From positions 806,001 through 870,000 of the forward strand of contig CDLV01000007.1 of NCBI GenBank assembly GCA_001244265.2: 64,000 nt of DNA. The letters are read 5' to 3'. Both the position numbers and the translations under genes were made by a program. This document shows positions 12,273 through 25,984 of the stretch, piece after piece; within the stretch, counting starts at the first letter, position 1, and each line of letters opens with the position of its first letter. The notes below the pieces were generated by a model that was not told where the DNA came from, made no database searches, and worked only from the letters and a program-made list of their open reading frames with translations. The stretch is from Microbotryum violaceum. Its lineage: Eukaryota.

Positions 12273-15200
12273 TCACTCCGATGCTTTCCGCTTCTTGTCC
12301 TTCTTGCTCTTCTTCCCCTTGGACCCCTTTTCCGAAGCCGCGCCGCCGGACAAAGCAGCCGCAGCACGTTCGATCTCCTCATCGTCTTCGACCTCAACCT
12401 CAAGCTCCGCCGCTACCTCTTCGACGACCGGTGCCCCGTGCACTACCGTCGACGTCGTTTTGGTCTTCTTCAATTGCTTCCCCTCGGCGTTCGTCGAAGG
12501 TGCCGGCAAGTCGGTCCCCGCTTTCCGCTTCTTCCCCACAGCATCCCCCTGATCCTTCTTCCCCGCCTTACTCCCAACCCCAATCATCGCAATTAACTGC
12601 TTGAGCGAATAATGGACTCCAGCTGCAGACTTGAATCGATCGCTGCTCTTGAGTGCTTCCCCAGCCTGGATCCAATTCTCCACCTGCCAAACGTCGTTGA
12701 CTTGTGTCGCGTCAAGGTTTTTGGTCAGTCGAACACCGGCAAGAGCGAACTTGACGAGGTCTTTGAGCCTTGAAGCGTCGAACGATGCGCTGGGCTTTTC
12801 TGGATCGGCAGCTGATGTGAAGACGGAGAGAAGTGCTTGTTGATATCTGGGCAAGGATTTGCTGAGCAGAGGTCGTGTCGTTTCGGGAGCCTTAGAGAAC
12901 TGGGCAACGTAGGAGGTGACGAGTGTGTGCAGGACCTCGAAGGCCTGCATCCTTCGATAAGCGTTGACGATCTCTTCACCCTGAGACAAGTCCAAGATGG
13001 CATCGAACAAGGGCCACGCGCACACGGGCGAGCGTTTGCAAAAATCGATCGTCAGCGTCGGCTGCACCCTCGTCTTGCTGTTCTTCTTGACCAAGTAGTC
13101 CGAGAAGCGGTCGCTGTACAACTTTGCGATCGTCGAGGCGGTCGAAGCATCCGAACCAGCCGAAGCAAGGGCGGATCTGACGAGATAGATCGCTGTCTGA
13201 CTGCACAGGGCAGCAAGCTCGGCGTAATCGACTCCCGCGGCGATCTGGTGGAGCTCCTCGAGAGCTTCGAGGGCAGCATCAGGTGTTGCAAGAGGGGCGA
13301 TTTCGCGCTTGTTCTGGACGATCGATCGTAGTGTTCTACCCGCCTTGGTTTGCAACTCCATTTCGAGCGCCGAGGTGGACCGAACAATGCCGAGCAGAGG
13401 AAGCACGACCAAGACGAGCAGAGGGTTGGATGAGCGGTGTTTAGCCAGCGCATCGACAAGGTCGAGGACACGGAGACGATAGTGCATGTCATCCGTTCGA
13501 TCAAGTTTCTTGCTCCTTCGTCCACCCGAGCCAGACTGAAGGCGGAAGATGTCGGCGAGCTTATCATCCAAAGCCATCATAGCATCGTCGTCGAGCAGCT
13601 CCTCTTCATCGCTCGACTCGTCGTCGTTCCTGTCCTCAGCGGCTTGCTCATTGGCCTCGATCTCGTCGGCGACTCCTCTGGCTTGCAACGCCGCGAGGAG
13701 CTCGTTCTTGAAGTCTTCGTCAACGTCGACATCCGAATCGTCCGAGTCGTCATCGTCCTCGTCATCGGTTTCCTCGGCAGCAGCAGCGGTTCGAGACGCG
13801 GCGGTGGCCTTGCCGTTGGCTTTGGCTCCCTTCTCGGCGGTCATGCTGGCGTCCCCATCGGCGTCAACATCCTCCCCGGTTGCTTCCGACACTTCGGGGC
13901 GAATCTGCTCCAGCAACAGCTCCATCGCCTGAGGCCCAAGATCCTGCGAGAAGCCAACAGACGCTTGCTGCGCAACACTTTTGACGAACGCCGACGGTCT
14001 CCGCAAAAGCTCGAGCAGCAAGTCGACCAACACCGTGGCGGGCTCGGGGGCTTCTCCCTCCTCTTCATCGGCCATCTCGTCATCCTCATCGTCTTTGGTC
14101 GACTTCCGGGATGCTGCATCCGAGCCCTTGATGACGTTGGGGAACAGCAGGATCAAAGCATCCGACAAGCTTTCTAAGGCGTCGATTGAGTCCTCGCCTT
14201 CGTCAAAGGAGAGCAGCGTTACGGCCTCAATCAAGGCCTTGGCCGTATGGACGCGTCCATCTTCGGCAGACGACTTCTTCCCATCGAGCTTGGTGTACAT
14301 CTTCTTAATGCTCGCTTGGAGAGCTTCAATGTCGGCGTCGGCGTCGTCAATGGGTGTGAAGTGCTTGCTGTCCGATGCGAGATTCTCGAGCAGGGTCAAA
14401 GCGCGAGACAGCCAGGTCGCGGTCGTCGGGGTGGGTGTTCCGGCAGTCTTGGTCGATGTCAGGGAAGCTGGAGACGGAGCCAAGACGGTCAAGATGGAGA
14501 AGAACCTCGAGCGAGCGGCGAGGCGAAGCGATTCGGTCAAAGCCGGAGTCGCAACGTAGGACCGTGCCCCCTTGCCGGACTTTCGGACGTCGAACCAACC
14601 GAGGACGGCGAAGAATTCGAGCACACCAGCGATGATCTCGTCGTCCTTTGTGACGACTGTTGAGCGAACAAGATGGAGAAGCTGGTCGAATGCCCACGTC
14701 CGTCGGGCGGCCAAGGCCTTGACTTGTTCCGGCTCCAACGCGAGACCCATCGACGACTCGTCTCCCTCCTGCTCCCCATTCCCGAGGATGAATTCCTTAA
14801 GATAATTGATCCAGCCGCGAACACTCTTGAGATCGAATTTGGCGACGATCTTCTCGATCGTCTTGGGGTCGAAGGTGTGCTGACCGTGGGGAGGGGCGAC
14901 GAGCGTTTTGAGCAGTGGCAAAGCAACGGAGGGATTGTGGGCGAGAAAAGGTGGGATCGAGAGGGCAAGTTTGTCCACGACACGGCTCAACGTCTTTTCA
15001 GTCTCGCTCGATTTCCGTAAATGGTTCGTGAAGGTGCGGACGACGCCCTCGCCAAAGAGCGCGGGGACGTCCGAGGGCGGAAGGCGTTGCATGGCGAGAG
15101 AGAGCAGCGAAAAGCCGGTTGCCTTGAGCGGGAGAGATGGGGGAGCAAACAGGGATTCTAGGTTTTGTAGGTGGTTGATATCAGCAAAGGCTACAAACTT

Positions 15201-16372
15201 GCCTTTCGTTCTCGAAAAGGCACTCACGATCAACCAACACCCTCCAAGCGTCGGTCCACTTGGCGACCGGCTCGTTGCCTGCCAATTTCGGTGCCGTGCC
15301 CGAGGCCGGAAAGTAGACGTCAAAGATCTCGTTCCACATGAAGTGAGGTGCCGTGCCAGCAAGAGGGGCACCGTTCTTGGTGACGACTTTGACGGCGTTC
15401 GATCCTGCTGTCGGCCCGTTGCTGGAAGAGCTTGCTGCCTCGCCAACTCCACCCTTGAGGGCTTGTGCAAGGGCGGTGAGCGATGAACGAGCGAGAACGT
15501 TGCCGGTCGGAAATGTCGGTGCAAGTACTGTGGACCAGTCCGCCTCCTGTGGATTTCGTGAAGATTCGCGCCACACTTTGGTGAGTAGGCCGATCGAACG
15601 ATGAAAGTATGTGATTGTCCCGACTTACGACACCATTCTTCTGCAGGGTCAACACAATTGCAATCTTCTCCGGTGTAAATCCTCGTGCCTTTTCCCTCGA
15701 GTCGATCAAGAGACGTTGTACGAGCCATTGTTGTGCTTCCTGGCTCCAGCTCGGCGCGGCAACGATCAAGGCGCGGATCGCCTCGAGCACGACCCACCAT
15801 GCCGGCTCCCGCATCCACATCTTTCGCATAGCCAATTGCATCAAAGCCAGTATCGCTTCCCTGAACTGCTCCGGGTCGGGTTGTTGGGGGTGGAAGAGGA
15901 CGCCGGACCGTACAACGGCGTGGATTCCGAGCAACCGAGCGAAAAGCATGCCCCGTTCTTCACGAGGATCGGTCGAACCCGTCGGCGCAGAACTGGCGAG
16001 CACTTGGGCCAGAATTGTCGATGCTTTGGGAAAGGGTAATCGAGAGATTAATTCGGTCAAGGCGACGGCGAATCCTTGTCGCGAGGCTTCGTTGGTCGAG
16101 CCGAGTCCTGCGACGAGGCGCTTGATCGCGTACGGTGTGTCGACATCATCGGCATCGGCGTCGGCATCATCGCCATGGCTCGCTTGTGCCGGTTTGGTCG
16201 AAGTGGAAGCTCGAGGCGAGTCGAGTGGGGTCGAGACGGTCGAAGACGTCGCTGCTTGGATTAGGGCGAGCGACGAGAGCAGCGAGACGGAGGCGTCAAT
16301 GCGAGTCGGCAGATCATGCGACGACAGCAGAGGGAACAGCGGTACAATCGATTCTCCACCCGGTCGGACCAT
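12273..16372 (-). CDS. POL5: DNA polymerase phi / MYBBP1A-like nucleolar rRNA biogenesis protein
   Basis: YAIKRLVAGLGSTNEASRQGFAVALTEL, LFARLLGIHAVVRSG, LDDDAMMALDDKLADIFR, HYRLRVLDLVD and a Lys-rich C-terminal tail. Two introns near 15160-15230 and 15550-15630. Confidence 0.9.
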
Positions 16373-17445
16373 GGTTCCTATTATTGTGCTCGTGGCTATT
16401 GGCAAGTCGAAGCTAAGCGTATAGCTAAGGTCGAGTCGAGCTCGTTCAAAAGGTAGAACGAAGCCAAGCGTGCGAGACATCGCTCCGCGCCTGCAAGGTC
16501 CTCCTCGGCTGCGAAGCTCGCAAGTCGCCTGCAAGGGCCACCGCAGAACTGATCTGGAATGGGTCCGAGCGCAACTGCCCCGCCGCTTGGATTGCGTGAC
16601 CCTAAGCATCGACCATGGGCCTCCAGATCCATGTAGAGGTGTCATTAATCTGTAACAATATTTTTTCACGGTGCTTTGGAAAGTGCTAGAGAAGTGACTG
16701 ATGCTAGGCGTTACCTGGGACTGCTTCGCCGTGCGCCACCTGACTGTATGCACTCACAACACACGCTCCCTGGTCAGCTTACGAGACAAGATACGAGTGG
16801 GACTCTGTGGGTAAACGCTCACTTGACATCCGAAAGCCTAAAATTATAAGTGTCGTGCATCGGTGTTGGTGGACACCTCCAAAATGGCTTGGCATCCAAG
16901 CTCGAGCCTCGTCTCCGAGTCGGCGGAGAAACGCTTGAATTATCGAGCCGTTGCAGTCAACCTGCGCAGAATATCAATAGTCACCCTCGCCATTCAACGG
17001 GTATCTCGGGGGAAGTTTATATACCACACTTGTTCGTGAAACGCTCCCGTATGCCGTGATCGCCGGCTTTGACATCGCGACGCGCGTCTCCTATGTCGAG
17101 TTCGCGCGTCAGGAGCACGGTCCCCACGTCGCACGCGCATACCCCGTCGCGCTTCTCCCTCCGTCTCCGCTCATCACTCTCTGACGGCCCTGCCCCTACC
17201 CCTGCCTCGACCACGCACGTTGATCCTGGTCGCTCTCGGTGACTTCCCGAGTCGCGTGTACTTAGTTTCGACCCCGCGAACAAGAGTGACTGCACCGTGA
17301 TCGGATCATCTGACACTTCCCGAGGAGGCCTGAGCTCACCGGCTCGTCCAGCTGACACGCGTCACGCCCAGTCATCGGCTCGGCTCAAACGGCCACCCCT
17401 CTCCTTCCTTCTGGAGTGCTCTCACCCCCTCCCAGATCGCCCTCC

Positions 17446-19709
17446 ATGTCGTCCAAACCACAAGTTGTCAAAATCGAGGATGTCGGTGCTATTTCTTCTG
17501 CTGACGTCGAAGCCATCCGTATCGCTCGACTGCAAGCTCTCGTGCACCTCGAGTCACACGAGGGTCGCAACGGTCGCTTCTTCGGATCGAGGCTCCCTGT
17601 TGAGCTACTGTGTCGCATCGCGTACGAATTGGACGAGCAGAACCTCGTCAACATGACCCACGTCAGCAAGAACTGGCGCAAGGCGTTGTTGGCCGAGCCC
17701 AAGTTATGGTGGCGCCTCGAGGAGCTCGCGATCAACCACGACGAAAGTATCGGCAGGGTGTCCAGGTTCGCGCAAAGGTCCAAGGGGGAGTTGAGGTTCC
17801 TCGAGCTCGAGTTTGATAACATGTGCGAATGCGAGTCCGATCTGCCCGCGATCGGAGTTCTGCGCTTGTGCCTGCAGGAGATCGTGCGTCACGACGGTGC
17901 TCGCAAGCTCGATGCGATCGAGGTCAACATGAGGGGATACGAAGAAGAGGGGGATGTGGATGGAGCTTTCGAATGCTTGGCGATGGTTCTTCAGGTGTGT
18001 GAATTGTGTCTCGTATTCACTTCACTGGTAAGTCTGGCGAAGAAGAATCGCTTATTCTCGTTCCCTTCACCCACGGCAGTTCTGTCAATTTGCTGCGATC
18101 AATCTCAAGCACTTTTATGTCGACACTCCTTTTGAGCGCTTTCCCTCTGGTGCACCCTTCTTCGCGATGCTGCCAAAGGTCCAGCACCTCTTCATCTCGA
18201 CTGCGGCGCTGGAACTGCCGGGCGATATCAGTCTGCCAGACGTATTCTCGGCTACCTATTCCGGACGGCGCAAAGCCAACGTCTGCAAGCACCTCGAAAT
18301 CATGAGTCTCTATGGATGCTTGCTTATGGACACCCACTTCCCCGACATGCCCGCATTACGCGTCATCGACTTGCTGTGAGTCAAGAGTCCACTGGCCGAG
18401 ACGAGTTGGCGCTGGTGAGCCGGGTACCAGACTAAGTGACTCCTTCCCCTTCAACCTCAGCGGGGTGCGATGTGACAATCTGTACGAGTTGTTGTCAAAG
18501 GCTGCGTGGTCGTTGCAAGACCTGCGCCTCGCAACGGTCGACACCAAGGCTCCCGCGCGCTTCATAGACCCCGAAGCCACGAACAACGAGGATGCCGACT
18601 TGACGCCAGCCTTACAGTTGCCTCGATTGCTTCACTTGCGCTACCGATGCGAGCGAAAAACGCCTTCACTGTGGACATCCCCTACCAATGCGATGGCGCT
18701 ACCCTTCAACGTGGAGACGGCGGCGCTCAAAACCCTTTCCTTCAACACATCTCACTGGGCCGACATCGATTACGATCAGACCTACATCGACGACGTGTTG
18801 TCCACTCGAAACCTTGAAAAGCAAGAACTGATCAACATATTCCGCCAAGCACCCATGTTAGAAGCGCTCGACCTCGGCCGGGTCCTTCGCGCCCCTTGCC
18901 CTTCGCTCCTGACCGATGCTCTTTCGGCGACCGGAGGCGTTCCGGCCCTGACGCATCTCATCATCAACGCAGGCCTCTCGGACAAGAACCTCGAGACGCT
19001 TCATTCTCTCGCTCCGAATCTCAGGTACCTCGATGCTCGCGAGGCGGGTGTGACCTTCCCTGCTCTCGCTCGTTTTGCGAATCGGCTGCGCAATGGTTCA
19101 TCCGCTCGTTTGCGCACCTGGCTCGACAAGCGGTTCCGCCTCATCATCGTTGCGAGCAAGCCGGTCCAAGAACCCAAGCTGTCGCAACTACGCTTGGATC
19201 TACGCAACCTTCTCGTCACGCTCTCGGGCACGCAGGTCGCTCATCTTGCGACGCAGCTTGTGCTCAACTCTCCGCCCAACGGACCCACGGTGAGCGCGGA
19301 TAACTCACGAGGGCTATTCACGGCATGTAGGAAGCTGAAATTGCATTCTTTTCGTGCTGCCCGACCGTATTCATAGTTCCCCACCGTCAAGGCCGAGATA
19401 TTTTCCCTCGCCTCATGTCCGACGACGCGTTCATCGTCAGCCATCATGGACGAGTCACCCAGCAGTTTGGGGAACCACGGCGGGAAGAAGCCCGGCAAGA
19501 ATGCGACAAGGTCCGCTGCTCCGAGCTTGATCAACGAATCGGCCAGGCGAGCTCTCACGACGTGGCAAGTCAGGCGCGAGCAAGATCTGGCGCTCGAGTG
19601 GTTCGAGAGTTCTCGTCTCGATCTAGTGTGGGAACCTCCTGAAGAGTTCAAGACGTTCAAGTGGGACCTGGGACCAGCGCGCGTGGATCCGTATGCCTTG
19701 AGTCTGTGA
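17446..19709 (+). CDS. F-box protein with LRR-like region (multi-exon)
   Basis: F-box pattern RLPVELLCRIAYELDEQNLVNMTHVSKNWRKALLAEPKLW. LxxLxL repeats such as MLEALDL, LTHLII and PNLRYLD. Confidence 0.8.
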
Positions 19710-19967
19710 CCACAACCCCGGGATCCTCCAGACAGAGATATACTTGTTGCTTTGTCACTTGAACCGGTACTAGACAAGTAGAATTCGATGACGGTGCTTG
19801 GGATCCGCGAGATCTTCAATGCCGCCGAGTAAATTCAGCTGCGTCTCCCTCACATGCGGTCATAGGATTTCGATTCGGCCCGGCGTTGCAGAAGAGAAAA
19901 AAATACGAAAGAGCTAGCGTTATAGTGTCATCACAAAAAGTAGGAAGCGCAAACACTTCCGAGAGAA

Positions 19968-22900
19968 CTAAGCCATCAAGCCGGCCGGGAACGAGAAATC
20001 CGTCTGTTCCTGCTTTTGCTCCCCATCCACGACATAACCAACGCGCAATCTTAATCTGACCAACGCCCCAGGTGCAGCGACCATGACTCTTAATTGCTGC
20101 GTCTCGGTCGCTCCCGGTCCAACATCCGTCTTGGACATGGCGAGCATCTGCAACTTCTGCGTCTTGGGTACGGCGGCTTGGAAGTTGACGTTGGAAATGG
20201 GTTGCGTCGCCGTGAACTTGGCAAGGATGTTGACGACGAGCTTGTTCGAGTTGTCGCGCATCGGCGTGAGGGTGATTCGGAGACCGTTGCTCGCGTAAGC
20301 CTCGAGAGCACCCAGTGGCGCCGGCGCTGCTGCTACGGGTGATGGCCGAGTGGCGGCTGCAGCTGCAGGAGCACCACCAGAAAGCCCCAACAGGTCGTTG
20401 CCGAAGGCGGATTTTGAAGACGAGGAGGTGGCGGGTTGGGAAGAGATCGAAGTCGAACCGAAAAGGCTCATAACATCGTTGACGGAAGAAGCGGGCACTG
20501 CCGTCGCCGATGCCGGTTCGTCGTTGCTCGAGCCAAAGATATCGGCCAAGAGGTCCTGCGCCGTTTGGGCACGCGCTGCCGGTGCCGACACCTTCGCGGC
20601 GGAAACACCCGAGTCCTCGCCCATGAGGTCAATATCGAGCAATGCCTACGAAGATAGAAGAAGCAACATCACTTGATTTGGGCATACACATTGAGTCTGA
20701 TTGGCTAGTCCACGTACATCCTTGTCCCTCCGAAGAGATCCCACCGGTCGCTTCTCGCTGACGGTGCCCATGACTGTCGGTCGCAATTCAGGAGGCGGCA
20801 TGCGTTCCAAAACGCCTGTTTTGATCAAATCCATGCTGAGCAAAGCCCCGAACTCAATTGCGCGCTGCTGCAGCTCAAGCTCGACGCTCGAGTCGAACGA
20901 ATGCAAGGCCTTGGAGATGCGAGCGAGCTGAGCGGCGCCTTCGAACCGGGTCGAGAGCTTCGTGAGTGCCGTCAGGACAAAGGCGCGGATCGTATTGTTC
21001 GTGTAGGGCGAGATGAGCACATTCTCCATCAAGTCGAGCACGTCCTCCTCGCTGACCGCCTCACTAGTGGTCGAGCCGGCGCTTTCTTCGTCGTCCCCAC
21101 TGGCCGGTGTTGTGCCGCCCTGCAACAGGATGTCACCAAACTCGCCAATCGTCCATACACCAGCCAAAGTCAACGATTCTTGCGACACGTCGGCGCGCAA
21201 TGAAGTGTAAAGCTTGTAGACGGTGTAGGACTGCAAGTCCGGCGTGTGGGTGATGAGACGGATAAAGCCCGACAAGACCTCCTCGCGGACAAACTTGCCG
21301 GCAAGCTTGAGCACGCGCAAGACCGTGTCGATATGCCACCGTCGGTTGGGGGCAAACTTCTCCGCGGCGGCGCACACCTGCGTCGTCATGCCGAGCTTGA
21401 ACTCGTTGTCGGCCACCTCGAGAAAGGCAAGCAGCTCTCTAATGAGGACGCGCACGTTCTGTTCATTGATGAGCGCGTACGACAATTCCAGTGCACGACG
21501 TCGGATCGAGATATCTCCGTCGCGCAAGCAGTCGAGGATGATAGATCGATGTCGTTGCACAGCGTTCGTGTCCATCGCAACGACCTTGTTGAGTGTGTTG
21601 AGGGCAACATATCTGAGAAAAAGGACCAGCATACCTGGCTCAGTCGACCGAGGTCATTTGCGATCTGGCTAAGCTCGTGCCTTTGCTCACCGAATGTTGT
21701 TGTCACGGTTGCTGAGGAACTTTCCGAGGATGTTGATCGCCATGACGCGCAGCCCGCTCTCGGCCTCGATCTCGAGGATAGTCAACACGGTCTCGTATAG
21801 AATCGAGTTGCCCACGTTCTTGGCCGACTCGGTGTTGGTGGCGACCTGAGCCAGGATGTCGTTCATTGCCTCGCTCGCCTCGACGTCGTCTTTGCCCAGC
21901 ATGCGCAGGAGGCGCAGGATCTTGACCTGCAAGAAAGGGTCCGTGATGCCTGAGACATCGTGCTCCGGGCTGTACCCTGTCGTGACGAGCGACTTCAAGT
22001 GGCGGACGAGCAAAGGCACGGCCTGTGAGAGTAAAGGATGTGTAAGTCTTGGTCCGAGGTCTCTGGATCCCACGGTGTGAACTGACCTGTCGGAACGGAT
22101 CACCACCAACTAGTCGGCACATCTCGGTGACCAACGTCACACCCGTGAGCAGCACACCATGATTCCTATCGCTGAGCAAACTCGTCGATCGCCCTTCGAA
22201 ATGGTCGACAAGGTCCGGTACCTTGTAGATGCACCGCAAAGCCGCGAGGGCCGCCTTCTTGCGAATGTAGGCGTTGCCCGAGCCGAGACACCGCTCGATT
22301 TCGGTGACGAGATCGCGCGACATCTCTTCCGAGGCGATGTTGGCAAAGGTGCACAGCGCGATCGACACGGTCGAAGCGTTCGAGTGGTTCATGTCACTGT
22401 GGTGGGGGAGGCGTTTACGGGCACGGCTCAGTTCGCAGGTTCCCCAAGAGTCTGAGCTTCTACCTATGGAGCGCGACTTACTTTTTCAACGAGTTGGTCA
22501 CCAACGTCAGCACTTCTTGGTTCTCGTCCAAGAGCAACATGATGCCGAGGTAGCCCAGTCGCTTGTCGCTGAAGCTGCAGCGGATGAAGGTCGAAAGAGA
22601 TTCAGCTTCACGACAGAGAGCACGTCGGGTCACATCGGACGTCAGAAGGACGTACCGAGGTGATGCAACAAGTTTAAGACATTCGATTTGGCCAAAGTGG
22701 GCGGGGTACCCGAGCATGTGGATGTAGAGCAGCTTGGCGACATTGTGGTGACGGGTGAACGAGTCTGTTTGGCGGCGCAGTGAGAAGCATCCGAAGCGGG
22801 TCAGTGAAACGTTTTGCGGGCATGTGTGATCAAGACATTTCGTGGTTGCAAAGGCGTGGCGATTGCGACGCGATGTTGCTCCGTATCGGCACTACCAGGG

Positions 22901-23142
22901 AACCGGAGGCTCAAGTATGCCACGCGACTCCACCGGAGCACGTCATCACAGAGCCACAAGCCGGCGCCATCACCGCAACAACCTAGTTCCGTATACCATC
23001 AATGTGAGTTTAATGACTCACCTTCCTCTTTGAAGCTGGTTCGGATGACGGCCGATTCCTTGACGATCAACGCGCGCTCGTCCGCAATCGTCTTGGTCGA
23101 GCGGATCGCCTTGATCAGCGCCTTGAGATTGTAGAACACCAT
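19968..23142 (-). CDS. APL4: AP-1 complex gamma-adaptin
   Basis: [80 protein letters not shown] and a C-terminal GAE ear [13 protein letters not shown]. Confidence 0.97.
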
Positions 23143-24599
23143 CTCGGTCGAGCCTCAGAAGTTTCTGGAACGGTTCGGTAGAGCTGAGAGTATAGTCGAG
23201 AGCGTGTACACTGGCAGACGCAGGGGATACGGGCGCTGGCTCTGACACTTGGCACGTCTCGGTTGGACTCGACACGACACGCGACGAGTGATGGGCGGCG
23301 GGCGACGCGCGAAGAGTCAACCGTGGCGCGGACTAGACTCGTTTAGAGACGCAAAAAGTTCCTCAAGCTCGACCAGAGACGATCTGGGGAGTGCTGGCGA
23401 TTGGCGGCGGGTGACGAGGTGGACGGTGGCAGGCGATCGGCCGAGCAGGCGAGACGGGCCAGCCAGGCCCCAAGGTCTCGCGCACGGACCAGGCGCGTTC
23501 GTGCTGGCACAGTTTCAAGGATGCCTATCCGCTGCTCTTTCTTATAGCGCTCAACATGAGTGGTCACTCAAGACGTCTGCCGAAGGCATCGCACTGACTT
23601 ATTCAGCCGAGTCGGCGTCATATGCATTCGAAATTATCATGTGGCAGAACGTTACGACTGCAGAGCAATCGATGGTGCGAGACATGAAACAATCCCAGCT
23701 CCCATAAGCATCATGTACCAGTACCTACCTATCCACGGCTGAAGATGTTTGGCGAACACCTCAGCTTGGGTCCTGCGATCCTGCTAGGCATGGCAGACGT
23801 AGGTGACCGACTCAGGAGGACGGGCGGGGCTCGAAGTCTTTTCCGAACGGGGCCGAATGACTAGACGTGACGATACACCTAGAGACATCATGGTCCCAGA
23901 TATCGATCTAGCAAAAAGCACAAGGCGGAGCGACTACATTCGTTCCCATTCAAAGCTCGCTCGATGGGTGCAGGCCGGCGATCACTCGACCCTCGAGACA
24001 TCCGGAGGCACGACTTCGTACGGTACACTTGGAATAGGCAGTGCTTCGGGCATGTGAAGACGGATTCGCGTTTTCAAACCTTTTGTCAAAATCACCCTTT
24101 CGGTAGGCACCCTTCGCACGCCGAAGCGGCACCCGCAGTGCTTGTGCAAAGACGACGTCATCGACCGTGATCGCATCAAGTGGGGGCGGCGGAGCTGCGG
24201 AGGGCGGCGGCACGAGGGGAGGGCAGAACCGCGGTGCGCCGTGCGGGAAATCACGCGCTACAGCGGAACCGAGGGTGCCTCTGGACCCCGAATGGAAAGA
24301 TAGGAAATCCTGCATTACTACAACCTACCTAGGGTAGGTAGCCGGCACAGCCTTGGGAACTAGTAACTGCCACGTACGCGCGGGAGAGGCGTGGTGGCAT
24401 CATTTCACGCCTGTGCCGGCGAACGATCTGCACCAAAGACGTCATCGCAATCAGCGGTTCTCCGCTTCCAGGCCTCTTAACTCTGGTCACAAAACCCCCT
24501 CTGAGCTCGGGTGCACCTCTTTTCTTCCCTCCCATCACACCGCTTCACAAATCTCTTCCACTTTTTTCACCACACACACCCAATCACTCAACCATAGAC

Positions 24600-25273
24600 A
24601 TGTAAGCCTCGACGCCTTGCTACACTTGCCATGCACGCGCTGACCCGTTCTCGATGTTCCTCCCCGTTTGTCCCGCTTCCCTCTCCCCTCGCTGCCACGT
24701 CTCACGTGCCCCTCGCCGCCTGTTTGCCCTCTGTCCTGCCCCGTCTATCATCGCTTCCTACTTCATAGGTCTTCCACCACCAACACCTCCATCGTTGACC
24801 AGGTCACCTCCACCATCAGCAACGCTGCCAACTACGGTGAGTCACGCTCCCCGCGTCGCGCCCCCACCTCGCTCGATGACGATGCCACGTTGTCCTAGCC
24901 GCTGACCGTTCCATTGCTCATCTCCTATAGTCTCCGAGTCCGTTCAAGGTGCCGTTTCCGGTGCTAGCCACGAGGGCAACAAGGAGGTCGCTAGTACGTC
25001 GTCTTCAACTCAGTCTGGGTGAGGGCCTTTGGCCCGCAGCTGACCTCGCCTGTTCTCAACCGTTCCCCAGAGGACTCTAACGTCTCGCTCGGTGACCGTG
25101 CTTCAGCTGGTTTCTCTGCCGTCTCGGACAAGATCGACCAAAAGTCCCACGACGCCAAAGCTGAGGCCCACAAGGAGTGAGTAGTCATCGCCGTACGAGA
25201 AGAAACGCGACTGAACATATAAACTGACTGTGTTGTGCTCCTGTTCTTTCTCTCCAGGACCGCCAAGAACTGA
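24600..25273 (+). CDS. grg1: Glucose-repressible/stress protein Grg1 (ccg-1 family), 5 exons, about 80 aa
   Basis: Manual splicing gives MSSTTNTSIVDQVTSTISNAANYVSESVQGAVSGASHEGNKEVAKDSNVSLGDRASAGFSAVSDKIDQKSHDAKAEAHKETAKN. This matches the Neurospora grg-1 pattern NAANYV..VQGA...SKEANK.VAKDS...HDAKAEAHK. All four introns are GT-AG. Confidence 0.92.
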
Positions 25274-25924
25274 GTACCCATTGGATTGAAAGAGTATCCC
25301 TCTCCCTTAGTATTTCATATGTTTTTTAGTTTGCTCCGGCTACTGTAGTGAAATTACATAAGTCAAGAAGAATCGAAACAACAGCAGGAGATATCGCTGG
25401 CACTCTGGTTCCTGAATGATCCTTGATCGCCCATACCCGAGAACAAACGTCGGACGTCGGACGTCGGAACGAAGTGGCTCCCATGTTTGCCGCCAGTCGT
25501 CCGCGGAGCGCTCGTTCGAGTTCTACGGGATCAAGACATGTCTAGGGAGATGAACCCCTCTGAGACATCACAAGCCAAGATAAGGTGCTGTAGATAATGA
25601 TCAAGTACGGTACCTAGCTCAAACTTCCTTGGTAGCACGTCGTGACGTTGGTCGGTTTGCGAACACGAGGTCCGATCAAGCGCAAGCTTGATCTGCAGCC
25701 TGCGAACAAGCTCAGGCCCAGGCGCCCAGGCGCCTCAGGCACTAGGACCGCCGATTCGGGGCAATACAGCTCTCGCGACGACCGGTTTCACTCTTTCGTG
25801 TTCCACATGCAGATCTCTGGTTGAGAATTATCGTAGTAAAGCGGACACTTTGGCTCGGACTCCTGTGAAGGAGGGGGTGCGTACCATCCGAGGAAAGGCT
25901 CTTCGAGCGAGGTTCAGATCTTCC

Positions 25925-25984
25925 GAAGCGAGGGTGTGGGGAAGCGAGGGTGTGGGGAAGCGAGGGTGTGGGGAAGCGAGGGTG
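25925..25984 (+). repeat. 16-bp tandem repeat GAAGCGAGGGTGTGGG x3.75
   Basis: Read directly from the sequence. Lies just upstream of the LINE ORF1. Confidence 0.95.

Noticed and set aside
15160..15818. Overlapping ORFs in three frames in POL5, suggesting frameshifts
   Set aside because: Explained by two ordinary GT-AG introns flanking the EADWSTVLAP..WRVLVD exon.
22801..22949. Possible C/D snoRNA in the long gamma-adaptin intron (GTGATGA ... CTGA on the minus strand)
   Set aside because: The CTGA is the intron branch point, there is no terminal stem, and I recognise no rRNA guide.
23249..24540. Several 60-150 aa ORFs between gamma-adaptin and grg1
   Set aside because: No motifs or consistent splice structure; likely chance ORFs in GC-rich promoter DNA.
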